A stretch of DNA of 64,000 nucleotides from Macrostomum lignano (lineage: Eukaryota), in the NCBI GenBank assembly GCA_002269645.1, contig NIVC01000396.1, positions 62,001 to 126,000 on the forward strand. Reading direction: 5' to 3'. The notes beneath the pieces are model-generated. The model did no database searches, was not told the DNA's origin, and saw only the letters and a program-made list of their open reading frames with translations. The position numbers were made by a program, and so were the translations under genes. This document shows, piece by piece, positions 30,483-41,499 of the stretch. Numbering within the stretch: the stretch's first letter is position 1; every line of letters starts with the position of its first letter.

Positions 30483-33400
30483 CTGATTGGGCGGTTTATT
30501 GAGGTGAGGGAATTAAGCTCTTCTTACGGCCTCCCAAAGCAAAATTCTTTGCGGCAAACAAATGGTTGTGCTCCCTTTCACAAAATTGAGCTCCTTCCTG
30601 CTTACGCCAAAATGAGCGCGAGGAGTGCTGGAAGGAATTCCGGGACAGAAGCGCCAAACAAGGGTTAAAATTACCGTGAGTGCTGCAAAACTCGTTACTA
30701 TTCCGTCATTTCCCCAACCGTGAAATGTGCGGCACTGCTCTATACAGCCAGCCACCCTTGGCCATGGACTGGAAAATCTGTGTGTGACTTCAAATTTGAT
30801 TTTTGAAGGGCAATTTTCCAACATTTCCGTTTCTATTCCTCTATATAGACTTTCGAAGATCGCGTGAGGGTGTAGTATCTGCTTGATTACAGGTATGGCA
30901 GGTAATAAGCGAAAGAACTGCATGTTAATTTGTTTTGACGAATTCTAATGAGGTTTTACCGTAAACAATTTTTGTAGAAGCTAGAAATATATTACGAGCG
31001 TATTTTGTCGAAGCATCACAGAAATAGGAAAAGTTGTAATTATTTCTGTTCTATTTTTAGCCAGTTGGCCCCTGCAGTTTAATAAAAACTAAGTGATCCC
31101 TGACCAGAGGCTACGGGAGTACTGCACGCAGATTATGATTTTTTAGTCTACAGACAGACGAGTCTTAGACAGTCGAGTATCTTTAGTCGCTAGGCACAGA
31201 GAGACATAATGGTGTTTAATTATCAAGAGATCAACTCAACTTACCAGGACTTAACTTTAGATAAGTTTTTTTTAAATTGGGCAAAAAATTCTCAGCCAAA
31301 CGCCGACGGGGCGAGCTGTGAAACCCGATCGACTGACTGACAGGCTTACAGAGGATCCGCAATGCCAGTTGAGACGAAAAAACGACCGGCTTGTGTCAGT
31401 TCTGCTTCCCGAAAAATTCCATGGTGTCGGCTTTTTCTCCCCAAAGCCCCTATTGAAGGCCAGGCCATTCAGTCCCGCCCAGTCCCATACAAGCCGCTGA
31501 TTGGTAGTCGCAGAGGCCTCCAGCTCAATGCCGGGGATGCCTTTGACGGTACACTTGGTAGCGAAGGGCGAAGTTGGTTGAACCAGCCAGCGCGCAGTCG
31601 GTGGAGGCAACAGTTGGCTCCCTCACGCCCCCCGCCTCTCCTGGAAGGAATCCCTTGGCCTGACTGGCAAATACCAGTGCATAATTTCTGTCTTCCAGGC
31701 CGTGCCGCCCAATCCAGCGCCCGGGGAGTTCAAGGACTGCTGACGAAAGAAAGTCGCTGACGCAGTTCTGACTTGTTCCTTTACTTCGCGGAAAAAATTC
31801 CCGGGCGATCCTCCTCTTGCTTTAAGAGGCCACGTGCTGCAATTTCTGCCGCAGGGAAATAAATGCCTTGCAGCACTCACTTCATATGCCCTTTCTCGGC
31901 GGCTTGAACAGAAGCTGCATGCCATTTCGGCAATTGGGGCGAAGGAGAATTTCTGTCGTGCCAGGAATTCCTAAAATATCTGCAATGCTTTGCCACCTTT
32001 TTTTCCATTTCCTTATAGCATTTTCTCTCACCTGAATCCGCTTGACTTGGTGAAGAAATAGTGAGAGAGTGAGTTTACAAGAACTTATCCATGCAGGTTT
32101 ATTCACCATTAATGCTATTTGGTGTTGCAACCGATGCATGTATAGAACTCGAGTTGTACATGTATAGAAGTCCTTTTGTTTCTTAGCACTGCATGTATCA
32201 GAAACAGCTCCCATTATCTCTCACCGTATGGACTTCCGAATGACAAATGGTTTGATTTTCAAGATGGCTTCATCAGTTTATCGACGTTGTAGTGAGTAAA
32301 CTCAGACGGTTAGCGCGAGGTGGAAAATAGTACGGCACTCACAATTGAGACCGCAACCAGTGAATAATATATTTGGGGTGCGGCACCCCTCCGCGATTCA
32401 TATCGATTGGGCGTGGCGTGGCCCGATGTACATAAGTACAGCTTACACATGCGATCCCGACTCACAGACGTAAATTCAGGAAAAATACTACTAAAGACTG
32501 TCAAGTGCGCGAAATTTGAGCAAATTTGCTTCTTTTTGCAGCATCTTCAGGAAATTTTGGGTCAACCTTCATCTAAGTTAACACGTGCAAGGGACTGCGC
32601 CTTCAAATATACGAAGTATTTATCTTGTAGAGAATACGTCTAGAAGTCTAGAAGAAAATGAGATGGAGACTCCACGACACAAAACTAAGGTTTACAACTA
32701 CGCTTTACTGAAGTCTATCTAGACATACTACTCATATGAGTTTATTAGGAAAAACTAAGTATTTCTCTTTGGTAGATAGTCTAAAATCGTTTTTTGAATA
32801 TAAAAAAACTATTTACTGCAGCTTATATTTTGTTAGAGAAGTTTTGTTTATATTGAAACAGTGGATTAATTTTAAACTGACCGACGTCGAAGAAATGAAT
32901 TGCAGCTTAGCTTATTGGATTTGCTTTCTCAATAATGTTAAGGTCTGCGGCAATGTTGAGACTATTGCTACTGTTTATAGCTTTAAGCTTCTTAATAATA
33001 TGTAGATAACTATTATCTACTCTAGCTTAGTTAGAAATGTGATTTCTAGCTAAGCCAGTAGCCACTTGTACTTTTATTCTTTTAAACTCAAAGCATTAGG
33101 CCTAAGGTTAGCCTAAGCTACAATAAAAATCAAAGTAGTATTTTTTCATGACATTAAATGTTTTAGGCCTAGCCATCATAGAATAACTTGCTTGAATAAA
33201 TAAAATTGCTTATTAAATATTTGAGTTTGGTAAATTAAAGTCATATTCATAGAAATAATATAAAAAATAGATTTTTTTCTTAATATTTTGAGAGTTAAAA
33301 GAAATGTAGACATGGTTAATATATATTTAAAAAAGCTATTTACTATTGTATTATATTTTTAAATGTTCTATTGTCAATGAATCATTTTTTACAAAACCAT

Positions 33401-33499
33401 ATAAAAATGATTTTAGCATTTTTAATAATTTGAAAGTATATTTTCTTTATGAATATATTTATCTTTTGTGTTTTTATTATTTTATATAACTCTAGACTA

Positions 33500-34500
33500 T
33501 TGTCAATTGGGCTTATATATTAAATATAGGCAGTTGTTATTGAGGCTATTTGTCTAGTTAAATTGCTAACAGTTGTTTAGTTTATTTGTTTACTTATTTA
33601 TATTTATTGATTTGTTTAGTTTAGTGATAAATATTCTAGATTTTTAAGACCTTTTCTTATATCTTGATTAATATTTTGTTATATACTAGTGCAAGCAAAG
33701 CAGATATGTATAATCCATAGTTCGAAACACCCTGAATGTACGCTGGACTAAAATCTCACAATTTTTTAGTATGCCAGTGTATGCCAAATTTTGAGTGCAC
33801 GCCCACTCTCAAATCTACGCCAGTGTTGCAACAATAAATGACCTTTTTTACATTGCAACAATATTCAATAAATCACTTTTTTTAAATTGCATAAAGTAAC
33901 CTTTTTGAGCTACTAATTTGGTTAGTACTTTTGCTTTTTTGCTGATATTATTTATTGCGGAAATTTAATACCCACAAAGATTTGTTTAAATTTTGTATTA
34001 CAAGCTCTAAAAACCCAGAAAGCTTGAAATTTGCACTTAAAAATAAACTTGTTTCACCTTTTTCACTTTTCACAAACTCTTCCGCATGATTCTATTAACT
34101 GCATGCACATAATTTTTTTATGCTATTTGATTTGATTCTGCAACTGCAAGAACATGTATGCAACTTTTTGAATATGCATTTTTATACTCCAGATAAGTAC
34201 GCCAGATTTTAAAAAGTAAAAAATTTGTACACCAAGTGTACGCCAAAAGTCGTGAGTGTACGCCAGATTAATCCGGCATACCACCCCTCATCCAGACTAT
34301 GATGTATAATATATATGTGATTTGGCATAATTTGGTATATAAGACATATACTAGTATAACAACATAATAATCAAGATAATTAGTAAAAAGTCTGAAGTCC
34401 AAGAATATTCACCCTTGTAGTTTCTGTAAAATTAGATATCAATTTAACCAGACAAATAACAAAATGCCTATTTGTCTGGTATTAAACAGATAAATAGGCA
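33500..34500. mobile_element. Degenerate foldback/MITE-like inverted repeat enclosing an inner element (33716-34299)
   Basis: The reverse complement of ~33630-33695 (CTAGTATATAACAAAATATTAATCAAGATA...) aligns by eye with ~34345-34410 (CTAGTATAACAACATAATAATCAAGATA...). CAATTTAACYAGACAAATA is also inverted. The inner segment begins CATAGT and ends ACTATG. Confidence 0.4.
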
Positions 34501-34805
34501 AACATGGCTATTATCTAGTAACTGGACAAATAACCATATCACTATTAGTCTAGTCACTGGACAAAAAACAACTGGTTTAAATATAATAAGGATAAAATTT
34601 TAAAGGTTATAATCAATAGCATTTTTAGCAATAATGCTATCTTAATAAGAAAATTGAAGTTAAAATAAGAAAAATTATACTATTTAAAAATAATCATGTG
34701 ACTTATATATCAAATCCTAACTATAATATTGATTAATTCAACTCCAAAGGTTCGATTTATATTCATTATAAAACATTATTAATTTCTGTAAGTAAATCAA
34801 ATCCA

Positions 34806-37800
34806 ATGGAAGCCTCACTTGCTGAACAATTGCGCAATGCAGCAGGACAAGGTCAAGTGGGCCTTGTTGGTGAACTACTCAGAGCCAAGGCACCAATTGA
34901 ACCAGATAAGGTTTGTAGCTAGTGTTGGACTCTGACTGACTCTGATCTGTTCTGATCTGATCTGGGCTCTGGGGTCAGTGCTTGGGGTGGGTTATTTGTC
35001 TGGTGAGGGTTTGCGTACTCTGTGTACATTGTTGCTCATTCTCTATTCTATTGTGCATGCCTTATCTCTGTCACCCACCCCAATGCTATGCTGCGATGCT
35101 TATTAAATGTGTTTCTGATCTAAGGTTGACTTCATATATATAGATAGAAGGGCTTTGCGTTCTGGAGTTCGCCGACCCCTGCACTAAACTAATGTTGAGA
35201 ATCTCCCCAATCCTCCCTACCAGGAAGGCCGTCTTGCCCTTCACTTGGCTGCGGCCGGCGGCCACGTCCAAATCTGCCGTCTGCTACTGGACGCCGGCGC
35301 GCCAGTCAGCGCTGGCGACGCATCCGGCGTGACGCCGCTCCAGCTGGCGGCCCGGCACGGCCACGCCCAGCTCGCCCAGCTGCTGGTTGACGCCGGCGCC
35401 GATACGAACGCGCACGACGAACGTCGTGGCGGCAATTCGGCGTTGCACGACGCCGCCTGGCAGGGCTACTCGCGCACCGTCGACCTGCTGTGCCGGGCCG
35501 GCAGCGACGCCAACGCCGAGAATCGAGCCCAGGCCACTCCGCTGCACTTGGCCGTGCAGAACGGGCACAACGAGTGCACCCGGGCCCTGCTGCACGCTGG
35601 CGCCGATCCCAATAGGCAGAACACATTCGGCGACACAGCGCTGCACACGGCTGCTCGCTACGGCAGGCCAGGTGAGGCCTCTGGGGGGGGGGTCGACAGA
35701 ATTAAGGTGCCATCTGTCATGCCTAGGTAGGAAGTAGCCAACGGTAAACACTTTTAGACTCTCAAGCGCCACGACCCCTAGTTCGATTCCTTGCAAGGCC
35801 TCTGACCTACTTGACTCAGCTGCAGGGGGGGGGGGCTCCGGGCATCTGGATGCAGCGGGGAGGCGACCACGAGCAGTTAGTGGTGCCGGTGTCCGCAGCG
35901 CGGTCTCCCTCCGGAGAGTCCAGGAGGTGGATGGTCGCTCGCCCAGTAGCCCTTAGGTAGCGGACGAGCTGGCAGAGATTCTCGGGCCTGAAAACGTCGG
36001 AGAGGTCCGGGTTTGGGCCGAGGTAGGTGGGCCTGTCCTGTCCTGAGTAAAGACGGGGCATTCACAGATAAAGTGCTCCGCGTTCTTGACACCGGAGAGG
36101 CAGAGCAGAATGGGCATTCCTCGCTGTGGATTTTTCCCTGGAGGTAACGATGCCTGGCATAACAGCCATGAGCCGAGAGGGCCATGGTCACCGCCCTGAT
36201 GTCCCTGCGGTTGAGTCCAAGCAGGGCCCTCCGCAGGGCGGAGGAAGGACAGGGGACAGCCGCGCGGGATTGCCGGCAGTCGGGGGGCGCAAGCCCACCT
36301 CTCCCTGTGCTTTGTTGCAAGGCCTCAGCCATTTGGTTGGAGGTTGTCGTGCAATTCATACTTCTGAAGCATACGCAACCTCCAAATTCGGTCGGCTGTG
36401 CGACTTAGTTTTAACAAAAATGCGACATAGTTTTGGGCCAAAAATGCGACTTACATGTAAAAGAAACCCTAAAGCAAAATTAACGCAACTTTGGGTAAAC
36501 GGCAGGAGTAACTATGACTGTCCAATTAAGGCAAAATGCCTCGTCATATACTTAGTACTACTAGCGTGTGTACGTATGTGCTGCTTAGGAGTCACCGGAA
36601 TGGGCAGAATTGCCATTAGCGTTGATTGTGGGACCAGGGTACTCACAGCTCTTCCGTGACTATTGACTTCATATTTTTTAATGCTGAACTTACACTGAAA
36701 AGCGCGCATCCGCAATCCAGGCGCGGCGCGCATCCTATTAAGCGCCGGGCCAGTTGTCCGGGTCAACTGTCGCAATAAAAACGGCGACACGGCGCTGCAC
36801 GTGGCCGCCGCGCTGCGTCGCCGACGAATCGCCGGCATGCTGCTGGACTGCCGGGCCGACCCGAGCCAGCGCAACCAGCAGGGCGAGTCCCCGGTGGACG
36901 TCGCGAAGCGCAAAGGCTACTCGGATGTCGTCCAGCTGCTGCTTGGCCTGGCCACTGCCGGCTCCGTGTCTGTCAGCTCTGGCGGGTCTGCCGCCGCCGC
37001 AGCTGCGATGCTGCATCATCATCAACAGCAGCAGCAACAGCAGATGCTTCATCATCAGCTGCATCATCAGCAGCATCCTGGCGGACCGTCCGACAGCGGC
37101 CACGGCTCCGCTGGCACCGACGCGGTGCTCCAGCTGATGATGCCGCAGCCCGAAGCTGCTCAGCCTTCGCCTCCGCCGCCTCCGCCGCATCCTAAGCAGC
37201 AGCCGACGCGCACCCTCACGCCTCCGATGCTGCCCCAGCAGCAGCAGCAACAGCAACAACAACAGCAGCAAAAGAAGAAATCTAAATCTAAACTGCTCAA
37301 ATGGTCGGTGCTTTCGCTTTTCCGTAGGGGCGGCAGCGGAAAAAATCAGCCGGGCGGAAAGAAGCAACAGCAGCAGCAGACTTCGTCGGCCGTGGCTCCG
37401 GCTCCGGTTGTGCCGGCCCAGGTGGCAAGCCAGCACCACCCGGTCACCTTCTATACGGATCTGGGCGGCAACCTCCGGCAGGGACCGTCGGTAAGTGCTG
37501 TGCTGCTTCTCAAGCAATTAAACTATCATTGCAATAGCTTAGTCAGTTTGATCGCCCCTGACCCATATCTATTCTTTGAGAATCGCCCTGAGCCATCTCT
37601 ATTCTATGAGAATCGCCCCTGACCCATATCTATTCTTTGAGAATCGCCCCTGAGCCATCTCTAATCTATGAGAATCGCCCCTGAGCCATCTCTATTCTAT
37701 TAGAATCGCCCATGAGCCATCTCTTTTCTATGAGAATCTCCCCTGAGCCATCTATATTCTATGAGAATCTCCCCTGAGTCATCTCTATTCCATGAGAATC

Positions 37801-40366
37801 GCCCCTGAGCCATCTATATTCTTTGAGAATCGCCCCTGAGCCGCCTCTATTCTATAGGAATCGCCTCTCAGCCATCTATATTCTATGAGAATCGCCCCTG
37901 AGTCATTTCTATTCTTTGAGAATCGCCCCTGAGCCACCTCTATTCTATTAGAATCGCCCATGAGCCATCTCTATTCTATAAGAATCGCCCCTGAGCCATC
38001 TATAAGAATCGCCCCTGAGCCATCTCTATTCTATAAGAATCGCCCCTGAGCCATCTCTATTCTATAAGAATCGCCCCTGAGCCATCTATAAGAATCGCCC
38101 CTGAGCCATCTATATTCTATGAGAATCGCCCCTGAGCCATCTATATTCTATGAGAATCGCCCCTGAGCCATCTCTATTCTATAAGAATCGCCCCTGAGCC
38201 ATCTCTATTCTATAAGAATCGCCCCTGAGCCATCTATAAGAATCGCCCCTGAGCCATCTATAAGAATCGCTCCTGAGCCATCTCTATTCTATAAGAATCG
38301 CCCCAGAGCCATCTATAAGAATCGCCCCTGAGCCATCTATATTCTATGAGAATCGCCCCTGAGCCATCTCTATTCTATAAGAATCGCCCCTGAGCCATCT
38401 CTATTCTATAAGAATCGCCCCTGAGCCATCTATAAGAATCGCCCCTGAGCCATCTATAAGAATCGCCCCTGAGCCATCTCTATTCTATGAGAATCGCCCC
38501 TGAGCCATCTCTATTCTATAAGAATCGCCCCTGAGCCATCTATAAGAATCGCCCCTGAGCCATCTCTATTCTATGAGAATCGCCCCTGAGCCATCTCTAT
38601 TCTATGAGAATCGCCCCTGAGCCATCTATAAGAATCGCCCCTGAGCCATCTATAAGAATCGCCCCTGAGCCATCTATAAGAATCGCCCCTGAGCCATCTC
38701 TATTCTATGAGAATCGCCCCTGAGCCATCTATATTCTATGAGAATCGCCCCTGAGCCATCTCTATTCTATGAGAATCGCCCCTGAGCCATCTCTGACCTA
38801 TGAAAATCGGTTATAGATGCTGCTCATGACAGTTGCTCTTCATCACCCATCATCCAGCTTCCTCACTCACCATCCCGCCCGCAGTACATGGCCTCCAGCA
38901 ACTGCACCTGCCAGCTGAATCCGCAGTCCTGCATTGAGCACGGCTTTCGCGAATGGCACGGCCATATTGGCAATGCCCCGGTCTATGCTGCCGCTCCTCG
39001 CCAACCCGGCACTGTCCAGCCTCCTGCTCAGCCTCATCACCACCATCTGTTGAACTCGCAGCAGCCGCCTCAACAAAGATTATACCGAACTAGAAGCGAC
39101 GAGTCTTTGTCAATGTCCGGCCACAAGGTGCGCACTCAGGCGGCCAAGTCGCGAGCTCGGGCCCAGCAGCAGCAGCTGCTGATGGGATACGGCGGCGGCG
39201 GCGGTGCGGCCGCTGCCGCTGCGGCCGCGGCTGCTGCGGCTCAATTCGGCCAGCCGCAGTTCGGTAGGCGTGGACCAACTGCAGCCCAGCAGCCGGTTGC
39301 TATGGACGCCGCTTTCGCTTGGAAGCGAGGTGTGCAATGCGCTTACTAGCATTTTGCTAACTGCATAGTTTTAGGGGGTTGCAGCCTAGTGGTTAGAGCG
39401 TTAAGGGTTCGATTCTCGATCCACCTTGGAACAATTTGAGTCCTTGAGGAAGACACTTAAATGACTTAAATTTTGTGATTCATTATTGCTGAGTAAGTAT
39501 CGTTGACTAAAGTGGAAGCTTACAGGCATAATGTTAGTTTCTATCTTATGAGTGACCGCTCTTATTGACTGATAGAGCTCTCATGTTGAGTCAGTGAGCT
39601 GTCACACTGAGTCAGTGAGCTGTCATATTGAGTCAGTGAGCTGTGATTCTGAGTCAGTGAGCTGTCATGCTGGGTCAGTGAGCTGTCATATTGAATCAGT
39701 GAGCTGTCATACTGAGTCAGTCAGCTGTCATATTGAGTCAGTGAGCTGTCATACTGAGTCAGTCAGCTGTCATGCTGAGTCAGTGAGCTGTCACACTGAG
39801 TCAGTGAGCTGTCATACAGAGTCAGTGAGCTGTCATGCTGAGTCAGTGAGCTGTCATGCTGGGTCAGTGAGCTGTCATGCTGGGTCAGTGAGCTGTCATA
39901 CAGAGTCAGTGAGCTGTCATATTGAGTCAGTGAGCTGTCATGCTGGATCAGTGAGCTGTCATACAGAGTCAGTGAGCTGTCATATTGAGTCAGTGAGCTG
40001 TCACACTGAGTCAGTGAGCTGTCATTTCGTGCCCCACCATAACGCACAGCCGGCCTGGACGAGCAGCAGCCGCAGCAACTCCGCGACTCCGCAGCCTCGC
40101 CGGGTCCCTACGGCAGCCTCGACGACGAGCCGCATTTCGAGCGTCGAGACCGCGCCGACCAGGAAGGCGGCGGCTCCCTTCAGCGCCACCGCCGCTTCCT
40201 TCGCCAGCACCGGCGTCGGCCAGCCGCCAGCAGCGATGACGACGGCGTCGACGACTCCGACTTGTTTAGCGACGCCGACCACGACGCCGACGAGGAGGAG
40301 GAGGAGGACGGAGACGCGCCAAGAAGTCGCTCGCTGCATCGTCGGCTGAGCGGCGTGTTGAACTAA
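34806..40366 (+). CDS. ANKRD6: Ankyrin repeat domain protein 6 / diversin / Diego-like, 5 exons, 672 aa
   Basis: join(34806..34910,35224..35671,36721..37490,38885..39263,40050..40366) = 2019 nt, phases 0,1,0,1. Eight N-terminal ankyrin repeats with family-like [38 protein letters not shown], followed by [17 protein letters not shown]. Confidence 0.8.
35730..35800 (+). mobile_element. tRNA-derived SINE head in ANKRD6 intron 2 (interrupted by a LINE)
   Basis: A-box-like GTAGCCAACGG and B-box GTTCGATTCC at tRNA-like spacing; no complete cloverleaf. Confidence 0.45.
35803..36314 (-). mobile_element. 5'-truncated non-LTR retrotransposon (I/R1/LOA-like C-terminal CCHC region) with 12-bp TSD
   Basis: [30 protein letters not shown]...CPFC / [16 protein letters not shown] / [19 protein letters not shown] across two frameshifts. 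Flanked by direct repeat TTGCAAGGCCTC at 35791-35802 and 36315-36326. Confidence 0.8.
37545..38800. repeat. 31/24-bp minisatellite filling ANKRD6 intron 3
   Basis: GAGAATCGCCCCTGAGCCATCTCTATTCTAT and the shorter AAGAATCGCCCCTGAGCCATCTAT units interspersed. Confidence 0.95.
39374..39465 (+). mobile_element. Degenerate tRNA-derived SINE fragment in ANKRD6 intron 4
   Basis: GGGGTTGCAGCCTAGTGGTTAGAGCG (A box), GGTTCGATTC (B box), then GTCCTTGAGGAAGACACTTAA, resembling the conserved body shared by many metazoan SINEs. Confidence 0.55.
39585..40024. repeat. 21-bp minisatellite in ANKRD6 intron 4, 21 units
   Basis: YTGAGTCAGTGAGCTGTCAYR repeats ending 25 nt before the acceptor. Confidence 0.95.
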
Positions 40367-41063
40367 TTAATCTCTGTGTCTTTCTTTGTGACTGTGTGTA
40401 CTTTGTGTCGGATTTAAAATTATTTGATTTTGTTTTAATTTTATCCTTGCCAAGGGCTGCCCAGCCTCGCTTTTCACCCGTTGTACAAAAGATTACTGTT
40501 ATTATACATAATTATTTTTTCTAATATCGAGTACGTTCTTCTCAGTGTATTTTTAGCCGTTTGCGCAAAAAATTGTGCCAATATTTGTTTGCTTTTACTA
40601 GTAGTAGGCTAAATTGCGAATTCAGATCGTTTTTTCCCTAACATATCGCTCCAAATTATTGCTTAGTTCTTTATCTGCCCACTTTTAATATCTGAAATTT
40701 ATAATTGCATTTTCATGAGCTGCATTATCAGTTTTATTACAAGAAATGTGCTTTTATATTGTTGGCATTTACAGGTATCTGTTTTTACACCTCTTTATAA
40801 TTGACCAATCAAGATTGCCAATTCACGGCAGACATTTATTTGTTTATCCTTCTGCTCGAAATTCGGTCAAATTTTCACTCTAATAGACGGCTATTAATAA
40901 CTTGTGCCGAACCCCTTTGTCACATTGTGATTGGGCTTATAATAATTACGTAATATATGAACTTGAAAGCCAACTGCTTCGTCTGAGCCCTGTTTAATAA
41001 AGTCCAGTCGGCATTATTTCATGACTACAATAGGGTTCAGTGAAAACAGGTTGCGCAGGGGGG

Positions 41064-41445
41064 ATGAGATTAGATCAGAGTGGAATGAGATTAGATCAGA
41101 GTGGAATGAGATTGGATCAGAGTGGAATGAGATTAGATCAGTGTGGAATCAGATTATATCAGTGTAGAATCAGATTAGATCAGAGTGGAATGAGATTAGA
41201 TCAGAGTGGAATGAGATTAGATCAGTGTGGAATCGGGTTAGATCAGAGTGGAATGAGATTAGATCAGAGTGGAATGAGATTAGATCAGTGTGGAATCAGA
41301 TTATATCAGTGTAGAATCAGATTAGATCAGAGTGAACTAAGATTAGATCGGAGTGGAATAAGATTAGATCAGTGTGGAATAGGATTAGATCAGAGTGAAA
41401 TGATATTAGATCAGTGTGGAATCGGGTTAGATCAGAGTGGAATCA
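41064..41445. repeat. 21-bp minisatellite just upstream of choline kinase exon 1a, ~18 units
   Basis: GAGATTAGATCAGAGTGGAAT repeats. Confidence 0.92.
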
Positions 41446-41499
41446 GCATTGTTTACCACTCCGGTTTATGCAGTAAACGCGCCAAGACAAAGGATTGTG

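Noticed and set aside
30513-30923. 136-aa ORF as the upstream exon of the omega-loop gene
   Set aside because: Phase-compatible donors exist, but composition is AT-rich and unlike the true exons here; left unresolved rather than called.
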